From positions 62,992,001 to 63,056,000 of the forward strand of contig OX597827.1 of assembly GCA_951406725.2 (NCBI GenBank): 64,000 nt of DNA, written 5' to 3'. The notes beneath the pieces were generated by a model. It searched no databases. It worked only from the letters and a program-made list of their open reading frames with translations, and was not told where the DNA came from. Made by a program: the position numbers and the translations under genes. Source of the DNA: Octopus vulgaris. Lineage: Eukaryota. The first letter of the stretch is position 1, and every line of letters begins with the position of its first letter. Shown piece after piece: positions 58,978 to 64,000 of this stretch.

Positions 58978-60470
58978 TTGTGTGTGTGTGTGTATGTGTG
59001 TGTAAATATATATATATATATATATATATGCATGTATTTATGCATATATGTGTATGTGCATTAGATAATATTATTGTCTTTACGTTGCCTATTCATGTTC
59101 AAACTTGGTTGAGACTTTTCTTACAGAATACAATATGGCTGACTATTTCCTCATCGCCCTCACTTAGTCTTTAATTACTTTCCCACTTTCGTTGAATATG
59201 CCTTTGTTAATGTCCAAAAGGAAGTCTTCATTATTTTTATTTCTCTTTTTATTTGTTATTTTTACTTATTTATTTAATTATTCTAGCTGCCTTCAAATTT
59301 CTCCATCTCGAATTTTAGTTCTGTGCTTCCCAGCCAATGCTGAATAATTCTTGAAGGTTTCTCTTTTTCTTTCCTGCCTTGTCTTTCTGCATTCTTGTCG
59401 GGTATCGACCACGGAGGATCTGTTCTAGCTAAAGTCTTAGTACGATATTTTGTATTAGTTCAGCTTTTAATTTAGTTTCTTAATACATCATATTATCGTT
59501 TCTTCATCATCTTCACAGCAGTCTGCTACCCTCGCTGATGTCTTATATTTATTAGGCTCCCCGGAGAGCGAAAGCAAATTGAGTTTTAGTTCACGCTATA
59601 AAGCTCTTTCCGTTAGTTTGTTTCTTTATTCTTCAGCAGACAATTTCGTACTATAACAGGAGAGATATTTTATAATAGATTTTCTAGATGGAGAAGACCA
59701 CCCTAACACCATTTGTTCGCAGTCAATATAATCGCATATCGACTTTTTGGTGATGTATTCGAAATTGCACTTGTTTTTTTCTTATGTTCCCTTTTAGTCC
59801 TGCTAATTCACTTAACTTGAAATTGGAAATATTATAACTACAAGTTATTCAATATAATGCTTCTATGATATTCCTCCATGACATTTCCTTTCATTTTCAT
59901 CTGTTGCACTCATTAATTCCTTCTATTTGTAAGAGTACACGCGGTGTAATTCTGTTATATCGGTCTTTTTCTATGTAATATGTTATCACGCGTTTATACT
60001 AATTTTCACTTTTGTACAGTATTCTTGGCGCTTTTTTCAAAGCGGAATTCTACATCAATTTCCCACCTGAATCTTACTTGTACCCTGTGTAACACACAAC
60101 GTGTCAACTTGCATAGAATCTGCAGTGTTCCCGTTTACTCCACCTTTTAGTTGTAAGATATCGTTCATCACAATTGTATACTATAATCCATCGTACACAG
60201 TCTGGTTTGGGTTTGATAACAAAAAAAAAAATACCAGTGAAGTACTGGAGTCGATATAACCAGCAAAACCTATACTCTACAATTTTGGTCAAGGCGACGA
60301 GCTGACAGAATCGTTAGCACGCTCTACGTTTTGAGTTCAAATTTCACTGAGGTCGGCTTAGCTTTTCTTCCTAACGTGGTCGATAAAATAAGTTCCAGTC
60401 GAGTCCTGGGGATAATGTAATCGACTTTCCCATTACCAACAATTTCAAGACTTATGCTTAAGAATAAACG

Positions 60471-60569
<99 letters not shown>

Positions 60570-60743
60570 ATCATTATCATTATCGGTATTACTATTATTA
60601 AGTATTGGAGACGATCTAATCGGCTGGCCCCCTTCCCAAAGTGTCAGGCCTTGTAGCTATATATATGCCTCTCTCATTGGAGTACTCTTTTTTCCACCCC
60701 ACCTTGTTTCACATTTATGTGCTTCCTCCAGTATATGTATTAT

Positions 60744-60810
<67 letters not shown>

Positions 60811-61123
60811 TATGTACGTATATCTACATGTATATATACATGCATATATGGGTACAGGACATTTTCCTTGTTTTGTATGTCCTGTACTCTATTTTTTCGT
60901 TGTTTAAGAAAAATGTCCATTTCCTTGGTTTTGTGTTTATGTTTTCGTTTCTTATTGTGTTCGACGTTTTTTTTGGGGGGTGTCCTGTACCCATATATGC
61001 ATGTATATATACATGTAGAGGTATGTACGTACATATATGTATGTATGTATATATGCATATGTTTTATTTATTTATTAATTTATTATATGACGGAACGCAC
61101 GCATCCTTTTCTAAGTAAGATTG

Positions 61124-61154
<31 letters not shown>

Positions 61155-61158
<4 letters not shown>

Positions 61159-61510
61159 TTTTTTTTTCAGAATGAGAAAAATATCCAAGGCTGTGAAGTA
61201 TTTTAGAACATTTATAAATAGAAGGTCTTACAGCTGTTTCCGGGATATTTATTATATCCCTTCATCGGAGACGGTGTGTGAAAATAGTTAAGCAGTAGTT
61301 AATTTAGATAAGATATGAAATAGAGAGTGAAGTGGAGGAATGAAAATAGATGTGAGATATGCAGGGATATTGCATTTGTAGATCCATTATTTAGGCAGAA
61401 TTGTATACATATAAGATTCCAATACCTTGTGAGTAAATTCCAATAGTATTTAAAATTGGTCATTCCAAGTATAGTGTTTGTACAAAGTGCTATTGAATCG
61501 AGGGTTTATC
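61155..61510 (-). mobile_element. PLE-like family E, copy 3, variant hammerhead 61225-61272
   Basis: GUCU-CCGAUGA-A-GGGAUAU-AAUAA-AUAUCCC-G-GAAAC-AGCU-GUA-AGAC; begins at (TA)n. Confidence 0.75.
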
Positions 61511-61624
61511 TAAAGTGACCTAAAAGTAGGGAATGTATTTGTAGGGTCAAATCAAAATCAGAAAGAGAGGAATAAAGAAGAAAAAAAAGAAAAAAGAAAG
61601 GAAATAAGAAAAGCAAGGTGAGAG

Positions 61625-61690
<66 letters not shown>

Positions 61691-61711
61691 TAATATATAT
61701 ATAATAATAAT

Positions 61712-61794
<83 letters not shown>

Positions 61795-62213
61795 AACGTG
61801 TGAAATAGAATATACTGTTTGTGCCATTTGTTCCCTGTGGCTGTTTTGCCATTGTGGATATTTGCATCCCCAGCAGTAGGTATTCCTAAACAAATTGGAA
61901 ACAAATTCACAACGGTTCTCTTCAGGGGAACACTTTATTACATTATGTGAACAGAAAGCAAACACACACACACATATGAACACGCGCATACATTTGCGTA
62001 TGTACGTACGTGTACATATATATATCTAAACAGAGAGAGAGAGAGAGAGAGTGAGTAATCGGGAGAGAGAGAGAGAGAGATTTGTAGATATTATACATGC
62101 ATAATACATATATATTTTTATGTAGGTTTTTGCGCTTAAGCACATACATATATGTGTGCGTGGATATTTATGCGTGCATGTATAAATCCCTTTTTCTATT
62201 AGAGTAAATACAA

Positions 62214-63050
62214 GGCGGCGAGCTGGCAGAAACGTTAGCACGCCGGGCGAAATGCTTATCGGTATTTCGTTTGCCGCTACGTTCTGAGTTCAAATTCCGC
62301 CGAGGTCGACTTTGCCTTTCATCCTTTCGGGGTCGATTAAATAAGTACCAGTTGCGCACTGGGGTCGATATAATCGACTTAATCCGTTTGTCTGTCCTTG
62401 TTTGTCCTCTCTGTGTGTAGCCCCTTGTGGGTAGTAAAGAAATAGGTATTTCATATCCCTTACGTTCTGAGTTCAAATTCCGCCAAGGTCGACTTTACCT
62501 TTCATCCTTTCGGAGTCGATTAATTAAGTACCAGTGGAAAACTAAGATCGATCTAATCAACTGGCCACTTCGCCAAAATTGTAGGGCCTTGTGCGTAGTG
62601 TAGAAATGAATATCTATAAGGCGTCGAGCTAGCAGAAACGTTAGCATACCAGGCGAAATACTTGGCGGTATTTCAAGTCTTTACCTTCTGAGTTCAAATT
62701 CCGCCGAAGTTGGCTTTGCCTCTTATCCTTTCGGGGTCGATGAATTATGTACCAGTTACGCACTGGAGTCGATGCAATCGACTTAATCCCTTTGTTTGTC
62801 CTTGTTTGTACCTTCTTTGTTTAACCCCTTGTGGGCAATAAAGAAATAAGAAACTTTAACATGCCAGGCGAAATACTTTGCGGTATTTCATCATCTTTAC
62901 GTTCTGAATTCAAATTCCGCCGAGGTCGACTTTGCCTTTCATCCTTTCGGGGTCAATAAAGTAAGTACCAGTTGCATACTGGGGTCGATCATAATCGACT
63001 GGTCCCTTTCCCAAAATTTCGGGCCTTGTGCCTAGAGTAGGAAAGATTAT
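62214..63050 (+). mobile_element. Tandem cluster of four SINE family B units
   Basis: Units start at ~62214, ~62447, ~62619 and ~62849, alternating two different tails. Confidence 0.9.
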
Positions 63051-63814
63051 TATAGTGAGTCGAACAAATGTCAGTTTGTGTCATTCACTAATATTTTAGG
63101 GGCTTCTCACACTTATAACACGAATACTCTATTCTTCTCCAGACTTAATGCAATGCTTACCAAGACTTCTACATTTCATCTGTTATCCACTAAGTTCTAA
63201 GAAACTGGTCTATGTTACTAATTATTTCACTTTCAAGAGAAATATTTATATTTTATATTTTCTTGCACATTAACATCATAGTAACATATGAGCATAGGAT
63301 TATATCAGCGAATTCCCATCTCTCAAAAATAAAATAAAAAGCCAACTCTAAAAATACCTTGATCATGTATACAAATATGAAAATGGAATCATTAATAGAA
63401 ATATGAAGAGAAACATGAAATAAAATCGGACATTGACCTCTTCCCAAAGGGTATTGAAAATTCAAATTTACGAAGAAAAGTTCTACATGGGTATTATTTG
63501 AAATGAGAAACCCGGAACATAAAATAAATTACAATAAAAGCTTGTTGTGGAGGAGTAACAAATTCAAGTATAACCTTACGTTGAAGGTTATTTCGATGCC
63601 ATCGGAGATTAATTAGTTAACCCTTTACCAAGGAACTTTTGCGTACAGAAGTTATAAGCACCAGCTGACAATAAAATTACAGCTATGTAAAATGAATACT
63701 ATATACAGTATTCACATTGTTTTCAATAGTCAGAATATGGTCTGCTGATATTCCCAAGCCATAAACTATAACGACCAGTCACAACAAAGTGGAACCAAAT
63801 ATAAAATGATATTT

Positions 63815-63950
63815 TCAAATTTTGGTACGGAGCCAGGAATTGTTGAGAGGCGGGGGTAAGTCGATTTTATCGATCACAGTGCTTTATTGGTAATTGTATT
63901 TATGGACCCCAAAATAATGAAAGGCATAGTCTACCCCGAGGGAATTCGAA
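63815..63950 (-). mobile_element. SINE family B, diverged fragment (another at 60290-60470, +)
   Basis: GACCCC...ATGAAAGGCATAGTC core remnant. Confidence 0.6.
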
Positions 63951-64000
63951 CGACGATTACATCGGCATTAGCTTTCAACCGGTACTTCTTTTATCGCACC

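Noticed and set aside
59100-60060. Possible R4/Dong-type LINE remnant (also 63100-63330)
   Set aside because: Only faint motif resemblance; cannot be supported by eye
62214-63050. CRISPR-like periodic repeats
   Set aside because: Units are ~200 bp SINE copies without unique spacers; eukaryotic context and no cas genes

Overview
AT-rich, repeat-saturated animal DNA, intronic or intergenic. The SINE repertoire, microsatellite density and transposon mix look like a cephalopod (octopus-type) genome; this is an inference from recognition. No intact protein-coding gene is supported, and almost all listed ORFs are microsatellite translations. The window holds about 30 copies of 3-4 modular tRNA-derived SINE families, decayed Tc1/mariner elements of three catalytic spacings (DD36E, DD34D, DD37D), a non-autonomous Helitron, a mariner-type MITE, CR1 and RTE LINE remnants, and decayed Penelope-like (PLE) RT and GIY-YIG ORFs. 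The most striking signal is a set of sequence-unrelated inserts sitting in (TA)n tracts. Several are long near-perfect foldbacks, and many carry minimal type-I hammerhead ribozyme motifs (CUGANGA...GAAAC-palindrome-GUA), including mirrored sense/antisense pairs and a core variant (CCGAUGA) kept in three copies. Two weak minus-strand host exon candidates are noted. All alignments and folds were done by eye, so coordinates of degenerate elements are approximate.
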